DNA of 64,000 bases from a virus. A program made the position numbers and the translations under genes. The notes under the pieces are model-generated. The model saw nothing but the letters and a program-made list of their open reading frames with translations, made no database searches and was not told the DNA's origin. Shown here in pieces: positions 1 through 8,132 of this stretch; the stretch's first letter is position 1; each line of letters starts with the position of its first letter. The stretch covers positions 1 to 64,000 of IMG/VR virus record IMGVR_UViG_3300042567_000108, one strand, 5' to 3'.

Positions 1-1
1 C

Positions 2-190
2 ACAATCGTTGCAGGTTCACAGGCAATGGCAGAAGCTGTAGCTGAAGAGCCACACGTAGTTATCGGTAACGTAACTGATAAGTTGATGCGCTTCCGCCCA
101 ATGGGTTGGTACGGCGTACTTGGCTTCTCAGTATACCGCGATGAGGCTCTATACCGAATCACATCAGGTTCATCAATCGCTGCTCTCTAG
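2..190 (+). CDS. Major capsid protein, C-terminal fragment (phage Y)
   Basis: TIVAGSQAMAEAVAEEPHVVIGNVTDKLMRFRPMGWYGVLG aligns with the C-terminus of 37526-38722. Confidence 0.9.
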   Translation, partial: TIVAGSQAMAEAVAEEPHVVIGNVTDKLMRFRPMGWYGVLGFSVYRDEALYRITSGSSIAAL

Positions 191-250
191 TAGTTAATTG
201 ACTGCTGGACAGGGGAAACCCTGTCTGGTGGTGAGTCCACTAAAGGAGGA
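191..250 (+). promoter_or_regulatory. Conserved stem-loop after capsid gene (attenuator or processing element)
   Basis: CTGGACAGGG-GAAA-CCCTGTCTGG hairpin inside TAGT...ACTA, then AGGAG; same layout at 38727-38790. Confidence 0.6.
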
Positions 251-253
251 GTC

Positions 254-523
254 ATGACAGATTACATCTTCGAGACACCAACTGTCGATGAAGGCTTTGA
301 AGGAGTTCAACGACTCTTTACATTTTACAAGTTAGCACGTGGTATCAGTATTATCAGAGTCAATGGAACTTACCGTCAGGTTCGCTATCCATACGATGGT
401 GACTTAGATACTTATCAAGAAGTATATCTTGGTGGTAGCAAGTACACTGTAGATGAGACAACTCGAGAGAATCTAATTAACGGAAACGTTGGAGTTACGA
501 CAGCAAACTTTACCGCAATATAG
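254..523 (+). CDS. Conserved hypothetical protein
   Basis: SD AGGAGG; homologue 38794-39054 (L-RGIS, YLGGS-Y motifs). Confidence 0.8.
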   Translation: MTDYIFETPTVDEGFEGVQRLFTFYKLARGISIIRVNGTYRQVRYPYDGDLDTYQEVYLGGSKYTVDETTRENLINGNVGVTTANFTAI

Positions 524-530
524 GGGACAT

Positions 531-977
531 ATGGGACACGAACACGCAAGCAAAGTTCTTGAATGGGCATACAAACTAGTAGACGGAGATATGATTCCAT
601 ACTCTGCTCTTTATGGGTGTGTGTACTGTGATGCTACATCAACAGAACCTTTTCCTGATGAGAATGACATCTTTGTAGACCATACCAAGTGTGGTCCTGA
701 ATGTTTCGGGTGCAAAGCAAGAGGGCTTCAAATGAATACTGGCGATGCCAATAGTCAAAGAAATGCTCCTCGTAAAAGATTTGAAAGCGAATTAACAGCA
801 TACGCTAATGCGAAGGCACAAGGAATCCAACCTGGTGGCACTTCGATGGAGAAGATTCGTGAGGCAGAAAGAGCCTCCGAAGTATTGAATAAGCCATACA
901 ATGCTAATTCAATGCCAGATGCAAAACACGTAAATCAATCAACCGCAGCGGTAATGAAAGAGATAGGACAAGTATAA
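531..977 (+). CDS. Conserved hypothetical Cys/His (Zn-binding) protein
   Basis: CxxC and CFGCKA motifs; homologue 39054-39497; start moved to MGHEH. Confidence 0.75.
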   Translation: MGHEHASKVLEWAYKLVDGDMIPYSALYGCVYCDATSTEPFPDENDIFVDHTKCGPECFGCKARGLQMNTGDANSQRNAPRKRFESELTAYANAKAQGIQPGGTSMEKIREAERASEVLNKPYNANSMPDAKHVNQSTAAVMKEIGQV

Positions 978-1129
978 TGCCAAAAGTAGGAATGAAGGAA
1001 TTTGCATACACAGCAAAAGGAATGGCAATGGCTAAGGCTGAGGCTAAGAAAACTGGCAAGCCAATGAAGAAGGCTGCTAAGAAAGTTGCTAAGAAGATGG
1101 TTATGAAGAAGATGGGCAAGAAGAAGTAA
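977..1129 (+). CDS. Lys-rich mini-protein (50 aa)
   Basis: MPKVGMKEFAYTAKG...KKAAKKVAKKMVMKKMGKKK; TAATG coupling; not in the ORF track. Confidence 0.7.
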   Translation: MPKVGMKEFAYTAKGMAMAKAEAKKTGKPMKKAAKKVAKKMVMKKMGKKK

Positions 1130-1288
1130 ATGCCTAAGATGACACCGCAGGATGCTGCGATGCTTAAGATTTTTCAGAAGGAATACGGCACAATGGTATA
1201 TCCGTCACCAGTTCGTGCATCAACAGCGGATAGCGCACGCAGACAGAACGCAGCAAAGTTAGCCAAGAAGAAAACAAAGAAGGACTAA
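1130..1288 (+). CDS. Basic mini-protein (52 aa)
   Basis: PKMTPQDAAMLKI motif shared with 40136-40282 (PKMTPQDRAMLKI). Confidence 0.7.
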   Translation: MPKMTPQDAAMLKIFQKEYGTMVYPSPVRASTADSARRQNAAKLAKKKTKKD

Positions 1289-1289
1289 A

Positions 1290-1547
1290 ATGTCAGACCC
1301 AAGACTAAAGCGAGCAGGAGTATCAGGCTTCAACAAGCCTAAGCGTACACCAAACCACCCCAAGAAGAGCCACGTAGTTGTGGCTAAAGAAGGTAGCAAG
1401 GTTAAGACTATTCGCTTTGGTCAACAGGGTGTGACTGGCGATAGACAACCAACTAAACGCCAAGCCTCCTTTAAGGCACGTCACGCAAAGAATATTGCTA
1501 AGGGCAAGATGTCTGCTGCATACTGGGCGGATAAAGTAAAATGGTAG
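1290..1547 (+). CDS. Conserved basic phage protein
   Basis: Only about 4 aa differ from 40440-40697. Confidence 0.9.
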   Translation: MSDPRLKRAGVSGFNKPKRTPNHPKKSHVVVAKEGSKVKTIRFGQQGVTGDRQPTKRQASFKARHAKNIAKGKMSAAYWADKVKW

Positions 1548-1729
1548 CAAAGAAAAAGGCTAAGTCAAAAGTCAATGCTGCTGGCAACTATACCAAGCCT
1601 GGCATGCGTGCTTCATTGTTTAAGAAGATTAAGGCTGGCTCTAAGGGTGGAGACCCTGGAGAATGGTCTGCTCGTAAAGCACAACTACTTGCTGTTCAGT
1701 ATAAGAAGGCAGGCGGAGGCTACAAGTAA
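1541..1729 (+). CDS. DUF5872-like protein, N-terminal half
   Basis: GGDPGEWSARKAQLLA-QYKKAGGGY motif; homologue 40691-40873. Confidence 0.8.
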   Translation: MVAKKKAKSKVNAAGNYTKPGMRASLFKKIKAGSKGGDPGEWSARKAQLLAVQYKKAGGGYK

Positions 1730-1965
1730 TGGCACTTGCTAAGTCACAGCAGTCACTTAAGAAGTGGACTGCGCAGAAGTGGAAGACCTCTGATGGCAAG
1801 CCATCTAAAGGAAAGAAAAGATATTTACCAGAAGCAGCATGGGCTGCACTGAGTCCTGCAGAAAAAGCAGCAACCAATAAGGCCAAGGCTAAAGGTAATG
1901 CTAAAGGTAAGCAGTTTGTAAAACAACCAAAGTCAATAGCAAAGAAGGCTGCGAGGTTTAGATAA
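1729..1965 (+). CDS. DUF5872-like protein, C-terminal half
   Basis: SQ-SLKKWT-QKW, RYLP--AW and GKQFV motifs; homologue 40873-41109. Confidence 0.8.
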   Translation: MALAKSQQSLKKWTAQKWKTSDGKPSKGKKRYLPEAAWAALSPAEKAATNKAKAKGNAKGKQFVKQPKSIAKKAARFR

Positions 1966-2240
1966 TGGCAGTAGGAGTAGCAGGTAGCACATTTGCTGAC
2001 GAGTTAAATCGTCTTGCAAATGGTGGAACATACCCCACACCAGATAAGTACCAATCTGAGCAAGGTGCAGCAAATAACTATGCTGATACTAGTGGCTTGG
2101 GTATTATAGCAGCATTAAATATTAAAGCCGACACAAACCGTCAGCCTGATGATTACAAGATGATGAACGCCATCTGTAATGAATTAGCAGGAACTACTGG
2201 GCTATCAGCCGTTGTTGCACTAAGGAGCATAGACCTATGA
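1965..2240 (+). CDS. Hypothetical virion-associated protein
   Basis: DELNRLANGG shared with 41118-41450. Confidence 0.8.
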   Translation: MAVGVAGSTFADELNRLANGGTYPTPDKYQSEQGAANNYADTSGLGIIAALNIKADTNRQPDDYKMMNAICNELAGTTGLSAVVALRSIDL

Positions 2241-3154
2241 CAACTTTAGCACAGATGATTGATGAAGTCCTTATCAACCTTTCAGGTTATACATACCAAC
2301 AGGACCGCTCAACATATCTTAAGACTGCAGTCACCACACTAACATCACCAAGTACAGCACCTACAATCCTATCTCTAGGAGATACGAGCAACGTAGGTAA
2401 AGGTATCCTTGAGATTGATGAAGAGTTAATGTGGGTTGATTCATTTGACCGCGTATCTAATACAGCAACTGTCTCACCATATGGACGTGGGTATTTGGGA
2501 ACACCAGCAACTACACACGCTGCTGATACAAAGGTAACTATCTCACCTATCTTCCCACGCTATGTAGTTAAGAAAGCAATCAACGATACTATCCGAGCAA
2601 TGGGTGCAAGCCTGTTGTCTATCAAGCAGACCACCTTCACATTTAATGCGGCAATCAATACATATGAATTTGAGAACCTAAGCATTGAAAATATTCTTAC
2701 TATGTCATGGCAGGATACAGGTCCTTCTAAAGAGTGGATTCGTATTCGTCGTTGGGACTTTGACCCATTTGCAGATGTAGACACTTGGGGTTCAGGCTCA
2801 CAGACAGTTACTATCTACGACTGGATTACTCCAGGACGTACAGTAAAGGTTATGTATGCAACACCACCATCAACACTAGAGAACAGTTCAGATGTATTCA
2901 CGACTACTACAGGTTACGCTGAATCAGCGCGTGACATTGTAATTCTTGGTGCATCATACAGGTTATTGGCTTACCTTGACCCAGCACGCGCAGGTCAGAT
3001 TAGCCCGCAGGCGGACGAAACAGATGGCAAGCGCCCATACGGTGCAAGTGCATCAGCAACAAAGCAACTCTTTGCTCTTTACTCACAGCGTCTTAATGAG
3101 GAAGTTGCAACACTGCAAAACCAATATCCGCCACGAATTCATTATACTCGATAG
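2237..3154 (+). CDS. Putative head-tail adaptor / tail tubular protein A-like
   Basis: Position between capsid and fibre genes; homologue 41450-42343. Confidence 0.55.
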   Translation: MTTLAQMIDEVLINLSGYTYQQDRSTYLKTAVTTLTSPSTAPTILSLGDTSNVGKGILEIDEELMWVDSFDRVSNTATVSPYGRGYLGTPATTHAADTKVTISPIFPRYVVKKAINDTIRAMGASLLSIKQTTFTFNAAINTYEFENLSIENILTMSWQDTGPSKEWIRIRRWDFDPFADVDTWGSGSQTVTIYDWITPGRTVKVMYATPPSTLENSSDVFTTTTGYAESARDIVILGASYRLLAYLDPARAGQISPQADETDGKRPYGASASATKQLFALYSQRLNEEVATLQNQYPPRIHYTR

Positions 3155-3162
3155 GAATATAA

Positions 3163-4842
3163 ATGACAACACGCAATTACTCCTCTCGCTCCCAGCAAAC
3201 AACACTGACAAGCGCCGTTACCGCTGGCGCATCGTCAATGGTTGTCGTTTCAGGTACAGCGCTCTTGGGTGGTGTAACCATCCCTGCGGGAACAACCTTT
3301 ACTATCGTAGTAGACCCAGATACAGCACTCGAAGAAATTGTAGATGCCACCGCGGTATCAACCAATACCTTCACGATAACACGTGCTATTGATGGCTCAT
3401 CTGCCCAGGCTCACTCTGCTGGTGCTGTTGTTCGTCACATGGCTATCGGTCGTGACTACCGCGAAGCCAATACTCATATCGAGGCTTCTACGGGTGTACA
3501 CGGTATCTCTAACTCATCTTCTGTAGTCGGAACAATCGACACCCAAACACTAACTAATAAGACCCTTACAGCACCTACAATCACTAACCCTAGCATCTCA
3601 GGTGCTGGTGTAGATGCAAGCATTGTCTTTGAGGGTGCTACTGCAGATGCGTATGAGACTACTCTCACAGTAACAGACCCAACTCAAGATAATACAATCA
3701 CCCTACCTAATACAACTGGTACAGTAGTCATTGCTACAGCAACTCAGACATTAACAAACAAGACTTTAACAAGCCCAACTATTTCAGGTAGCCCTGTTAT
3801 CACAGGTCTATCATCTGCTGGCATGTCAACATCATCTGCTGCTCCAAAGGATTACGTAGATAGTATTCTAGGTTCCGCAACAGCAGCATCTACTAGTGCA
3901 ACATCTGCTGCAGCAAGTGCTACCGCAGCCGCTACATCGGCAACCAGTGCAGCAGCAAGTGCAACGGCATCTGCTACATCTGCTACAGCCTCAGCAACAA
4001 GCGCTACGGCAGCAGCAACTTCTGCTACAAGTGCAGCAGCCTCTGCGACAGCAGCGGCGACTAGCGCAACCAGTTCTGCAACTAGCGCTACAGCAGCAGC
4101 GACATCAGCCACATCCGCTGCAGCAAGCGCAACAGCAGCAGCAACGTCAGCAACATCTGCTGCAGCAAGCGCAGTAACTGCTGCTAACTCAGTAGCAACA
4201 ATCGCAGGCTATGCAACTTCGTCAGCCAACTCAGCAACTGCTGCTGCTACATCTGCAGCAAGTGCTGCAACATCAGCGACTAGTGCTGCTGCATCATACG
4301 ATGCCTTCGATGACCGCTATCTTGGTAGCAAAACATCTGACCCTACATTAGATAATGATGGCAATGCGTTACTGGTTGGTGCTTTATACTTTAACTCAGT
4401 AATTAATGCTATGAAAGTCTACAATGGTTCCTCTTGGGATTTAGTAGCACCTGACACATCTAACTTTATTCAGAAAACTGTAGTTAGTGCCAAGGGCTCA
4501 ATTATTGCAGCAACTTCATCTGCAACCCCAGCGGAACTAACCGTAGCGGCAACTAATGGCTACGTTCTCAGCGTAAACTCAGCAAGTGCTACAGGGCTTG
4601 AATGGGCTGCGCCCAATCCTGGAGATATTACGGGAGTTACGGCTGGAACTGGTCTTACAGGTGGAGGCACATCTGGAGCAGTAACGGTGCAACTTGACAC
4701 ATCCTCTATTTACGTGGTACCATCACAATCGGGACAGTCAGGTAAATATTTAACTACCAACGGAACAGCAGCAAGTTGGGCAGCCGTTGACATAACTTCA
4801 ATTCAAGACAACTATATCCTCGTCCTTATGGGCGCAATCTAA
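3163..4842 (+). CDS. Tail fibre protein with Ala/Ser/Thr repeat stalk
   Basis: TQTLTNKTLT repeats, SATAAA repeats, FDDRYLG motif; homologue 42352-44229. Confidence 0.8.
   Translation: MTTRNYSSRSQQTTLTSAVTAGASSMVVVSGTALLGGVTIPAGTTFTIVVDPDTALEEIVDATAVSTNTFTITRAIDGSSAQAHSAGAVVRHMAIGRDYREANTHIEASTGVHGISNSSSVVGTIDTQTLTNKTLTAPTITNPSISGAGVDASIVFEGATADAYETTLTVTDPTQDNTITLPNTTGTVVIATATQTLTNKTLTSPTISGSPVITGLSSAGMSTSSAAPKDYVDSILGSATAASTSATSAAASATAAATSATSAAASATASATSATASATSATAAATSATSAAASATAAATSATSSATSATAAATSATSAAASATAAATSATSAAASAVTAANSVATIAGYATSSANSATAAATSAASAATSATSAAASYDAFDDRYLGSKTSDPTLDNDGNALLVGALYFNSVINAMKVYNGSSWDLVAPDTSNFIQKTVVSAKGSIIAATSSATPAELTVAATNGYVLSVNSASATGLEWAAPNPGDITGVTAGTGLTGGGTSGAVTVQLDTSSIYVVPSQSGQSGKYLTTNGTAASWAAVDITSIQDNYILVLMGAI
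3880..4290 (+). repeat. Coding repeat (SATAAAT/SATSAAA heptads)
   Basis: Degenerate 21-nt periodicity in the fibre gene. Confidence 0.85.
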
Positions 4843-4888
4843 GAAAGGCGTAGTAACTAATGGCTACCGTATCAAAGACCCTGGCTCG
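4793..4888 (+). repeat. 96-bp exact direct repeat (partner 44180-44275)
   Basis: Direct comparison; spans the fibre stop, intergenic DNA and the next start. Confidence 0.9.
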
Positions 4889-5162
4889 CACAGCAGCAGC
4901 AACATCAAGCACTACTCTATACACAGTCCCATCCGCAACTACAACTGTAGTAACTGACATTGTAGTAACTAATACTGCAACATCTACTGCTAACTTTACT
5001 CTAAGTTTTAACGATGTAGTGTTTGCTCAAAATGTAACTGTAGGTGCAACTGACTCAACTATTATTCAAGTAAAGCAACCTCTTGCTGCTACTCAAACAA
5101 TCAAAGGCTTAGCCTCTGCTACAACAGTTAACTTTCACATTGGCGGAGTGGAGATTTCCTAG
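4860..5162 (+). CDS. Small tail/fibre-associated beta protein
   Basis: About 90% identical to 44247-44549. Confidence 0.8.
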   Translation: MATVSKTLARTAAATSSTTLYTVPSATTTVVTDIVVTNTATSTANFTLSFNDVVFAQNVTVGATDSTIIQVKQPLAATQTIKGLASATTVNFHIGGVEIS

Positions 5163-5785
5163 TGGCAGTCTATAAGACGTCTAACTCTGGATTACTGACA
5201 AGGGTAACGTACAGTTCTTTCCTTGCGGGAAACACAGCATACGTACCGCCATTTGAGCCTACTGGTGCCTACGATTCTATTGCTACTACTACTCTAACAA
5301 CAAGCACAGCGGATATTACATTTACTTCTATTCCAAGCACATACAAACATTTGCAAATTAGATTTTTAGCACAGTGTGATAATAGCGCAACAGCGGCAGA
5401 TAATCTTGCTTTTAGATTTAATTCCGATACTGGCGGTAACTATACTCGTCATTACATAGATGGCGCAGGTGGTGGGGGTGTTGCTACTTACGGCGCTAAT
5501 GCCAATGTTTCACAAGTATATGCAACTTGTGCTCAAACATCTCCAACTTATCCAAATGTTTTTGGTGTAGGATTTTTGGATATTTTAGACTATTCTAATA
5601 CTAGTAAAAACACAACAACTAGAGCATTTAGTGGTGTTGATTTTAATGGCAGTGGTGGCGCGGTTCAGTTTACATCAGGTTTATGGCGTAACACTGCTGC
5701 AATTACAAGCATTAATATTAGAGCGTTATCAGGTAATCTAAAACAATACTCACAATTTGCTCTATATGGAATTAAGGGAGATTAA
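5162..5785 (+). CDS. Tail-associated paralogue 1 (putative receptor-binding beta domain)
   Basis: YDSIAT...FTSIPSTY...AITSI...FALYGI; homologue 44549-45166. Confidence 0.7.
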   Translation: MAVYKTSNSGLLTRVTYSSFLAGNTAYVPPFEPTGAYDSIATTTLTTSTADITFTSIPSTYKHLQIRFLAQCDNSATAADNLAFRFNSDTGGNYTRHYIDGAGGGGVATYGANANVSQVYATCAQTSPTYPNVFGVGFLDILDYSNTSKNTTTRAFSGVDFNGSGGAVQFTSGLWRNTAAITSINIRALSGNLKQYSQFALYGIKGD

Positions 5786-5787
5786 TT

Positions 5788-6312
5788 ATGGCAGCAGGAA
5801 ATACATATGTTGCAATAGCAACAGAAACCCTTGCATCAGCACAATCATCTGTTACATTTTCATCAATTCCATCTACATATACTGATTTAATATTGGTATG
5901 TTCAATGTTTCCAACCACGACAGCAACAGGTAACTATGGACAAATTCAAGTAGGTAACGGTTCTGTTGACACTGGTTCTAATTACTCTGACACTGCAATG
6001 TATGGTAATACAACAACAACAAATAGTTATAGAGATACTTCTCAAAGCCTTTGGTGGTTAAATGTTGCAGGTGCAAACTTCCAAAGTGCAACATCTCCTT
6101 TAATTTCAATTATTAATATAATGAATTACTCTAACGCTACAACAAATAAAACTGCTTTAATCCGCAGCGGCAATCCTGCTGGTTCTGTAACTTATGCAGA
6201 TGTTGCCTTATGGCGTAGTAATTCTGCAATTAACACAGTCAAAGTAATGATTAGCGCATCAACTTTTGCTGCAGGTTCAACTTTCTCACTATACGGAATT
6301 GCGAGTGCTTAA
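5788..6312 (+). CDS. Tail-associated paralogue 2
   Basis: FSSIPSTYTDL...FSLYGI; homologue 45169-45660. Confidence 0.7.
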   Translation: MAAGNTYVAIATETLASAQSSVTFSSIPSTYTDLILVCSMFPTTTATGNYGQIQVGNGSVDTGSNYSDTAMYGNTTTTNSYRDTSQSLWWLNVAGANFQSATSPLISIINIMNYSNATTNKTALIRSGNPAGSVTYADVALWRSNSAINTVKVMISASTFAAGSTFSLYGIASA

Positions 6313-6314
6313 AT

Positions 6315-7589
6315 ATGCCTGATAACTATATCCTTTTAGAAAAAATTACCATTGGTGCATCAAGCCCATCTTCTGTAGTATTTTCTAACATACCTCAAAC
6401 TGGTTACACAGATTTAGTACTTAAGGGTTCTGTCAAAACAACACAGGCTGCAACTTATGGTTTACTTTCAATACGACCTAATGGAAGTAGTACTAATTTA
6501 ACTGGCATAAGAGTTTATGGTGGAGACGGTAATGCTTACGCTGACGATACGGCTACTCTTGCTTTTATAAGTGGTACATCTACTGAAACAAATACATTTG
6601 GAAGTTTTGAAACATACATTACAAATTACGCAGGCTCAAATTTCAAAACATTTACATCGGAAAGTACTGGCGAAAGAAACCAAACAAATGATACATATAT
6701 GGGATTTAGTAGCATTTTATGGTCAAATACTGCAGCAATTACTTCATTAGAAATTATGCCTGGTGCTGTAGGATTTATTGAAGGTTCAACCTTTTACCTA
6801 TACGGTGTAGCAAAGTTAGGTACAACTCCTGCCATTGCACCTAAAGCATTAGGTGGAAGCATTATTGAAACTGATGGTACTTACTGGTATCACGCATTCC
6901 TGTCATCAGGAACATTTACTCCTGTTGAAACTTTATCTTGTGATGTGCTTGTAATAGCAGGTGGCGGTGGAGGTGGTTACTACAACGGTGGTGGTGGTGG
7001 TGCTGGAGGATTACAAGCATTTACTAGTCAATCTATATCAAGCAGTAAAACAATTACTATTGGTGCAGGTGCGCCCCAACCAGCGGGTTACGTTGATTCA
7101 TCAAACGGCAACGATTCAACATTTCAAGGTTTAACCGCCTCTGTTGGCGGCGGCGCTGGTTCAAGTTATTACACAAAGCTTTCACAGGTTGGCGGTTCAG
7201 GCGGCGGCGGCGGAATGGATTACAACACAAGCGGTTCGGCAGGAACAGCAGGTCAAGGTAATGCAGGAGCAAATGGAAACGGCACAACGGTTGCTGGTGG
7301 CGGTGGCGGTGCGGGTGGTGCGGGTCAAGCGGGTGCATCAGGTGGCGCGGGCGGTGTCGGTTCATCGACTTACTCTTCTTGGGGGTCAGTAACAGGCACA
7401 GGTCAAAATGTGTCAGGAACTTATTACTATGCAGGTGGTGGTGGTTGGTTAACAGGTGGCTCAGGTGGTGGTGGTGCAAATGCTTCTAGCGGAGTGGCTA
7501 ACACTGGCGGCGGTGGCGGTTGCGGTAAAGGCGTTACAAACGGCACAGGCGGAGGTTCAGGTATTGTGATTGTGAGGTATACAGTATGA
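6315..7589 (+). CDS. Tail-associated paralogue 3 with glycine-rich domain
   Basis: FSNIPQTGYTDL domain plus GGGGG-rich C-terminus ending GSGIVIVRY. Confidence 0.75.
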   Translation: MPDNYILLEKITIGASSPSSVVFSNIPQTGYTDLVLKGSVKTTQAATYGLLSIRPNGSSTNLTGIRVYGGDGNAYADDTATLAFISGTSTETNTFGSFETYITNYAGSNFKTFTSESTGERNQTNDTYMGFSSILWSNTAAITSLEIMPGAVGFIEGSTFYLYGVAKLGTTPAIAPKALGGSIIETDGTYWYHAFLSSGTFTPVETLSCDVLVIAGGGGGGYYNGGGGGAGGLQAFTSQSISSSKTITIGAGAPQPAGYVDSSNGNDSTFQGLTASVGGGAGSSYYTKLSQVGGSGGGGGMDYNTSGSAGTAGQGNAGANGNGTTVAGGGGGAGGAGQAGASGGAGGVGSSTYSSWGSVTGTGQNVSGTYYYAGGGGWLTGGSGGGGANASSGVANTGGGGGCGKGVTNGTGGGSGIVIVRYTV

Positions 7590-7689
7590 GTCATTGGGCA
7601 GAAGTAGATAACAACAACGTAGTACTACGTGTTCTAGTAGGACCTAACTATGGAGATGAAGGCGAAGCCTTCTTTAACGCACTTGGCGG
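7536..7689 (+). repeat. 154-bp exact direct repeat (partner 46884-47037); likely X/Y junction
   Basis: Base-by-base identity at offset 39,348. Confidence 0.9.
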
Positions 7690-7873
7690 CACTTGGGTTA
7701 AAACAAGTTACAACAACAATATCCGTAAAAACTTTGCAGGTATTGGCTATTTATACAACTTAACACTAGATGCTTTTGTTCCACCTAAATGCCACGATGA
7801 AGCGGTACTAGATGAGACAACAGCATTATGGATTTGTAATAACGAAGCACACACTATGAAGGAGATAAACTAA
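7586..7873 (+). CDS. Small tail-associated protein
   Basis: W-KTSYN--IRKNFAGIGY motif; homologue 46934-47221. Confidence 0.8.
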   Translation: MSHWAEVDNNNVVLRVLVGPNYGDEGEAFFNALGGTWVKTSYNNNIRKNFAGIGYLYNLTLDAFVPPKCHDEAVLDETTALWICNNEAHTMKEIN

Positions 7874-8106
7874 TGTCAGAGACACTAACAAAAATTATCG
7901 TTAACTGTGAGACTGGTGTAGTGGCAGAAGTGCCATTAACTGGTGAAGAAATTGCACAGCGTGAAACAGATGCAGCAGTATTTGCAGAGCGCAAAGCAGC
8001 AGAAGATGCAGCGATTGCTGCCGAAGAAGCAGCCAAAGAATCTGCTAAGGCTAAACTAGCAACACTTGGTTTAACAGCCGAGGAAATCGCAGCACTATCT
8101 AAGTAA
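7873..8106 (+). CDS. Small fibre-assembly-type protein
   Basis: AKAKLATLGLT-EEIAAL; homologue 47221-47454. Confidence 0.75.
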   Translation: MSETLTKIIVNCETGVVAEVPLTGEEIAQRETDAAVFAERKAAEDAAIAAEEAAKESAKAKLATLGLTAEEIAALSK

Positions 8107-8132
8107 TTTAACTTTCAACTAAAGGAGATACG

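Noticed and set aside
3852-4177. Antisense and alternate-frame ORFs over Ala/Ser and Gly repeats (also 7057-7479, 43086-43483, 46405-46827)
   Set aside because: Shadow ORFs produced by low-complexity codons
6315-7873. Diversity-generating retroelement (template/variable repeat pair with 45663-47221)
   Set aside because: No reverse transcriptase gene; mismatches are mostly synonymous third-position changes, not adenine-specific
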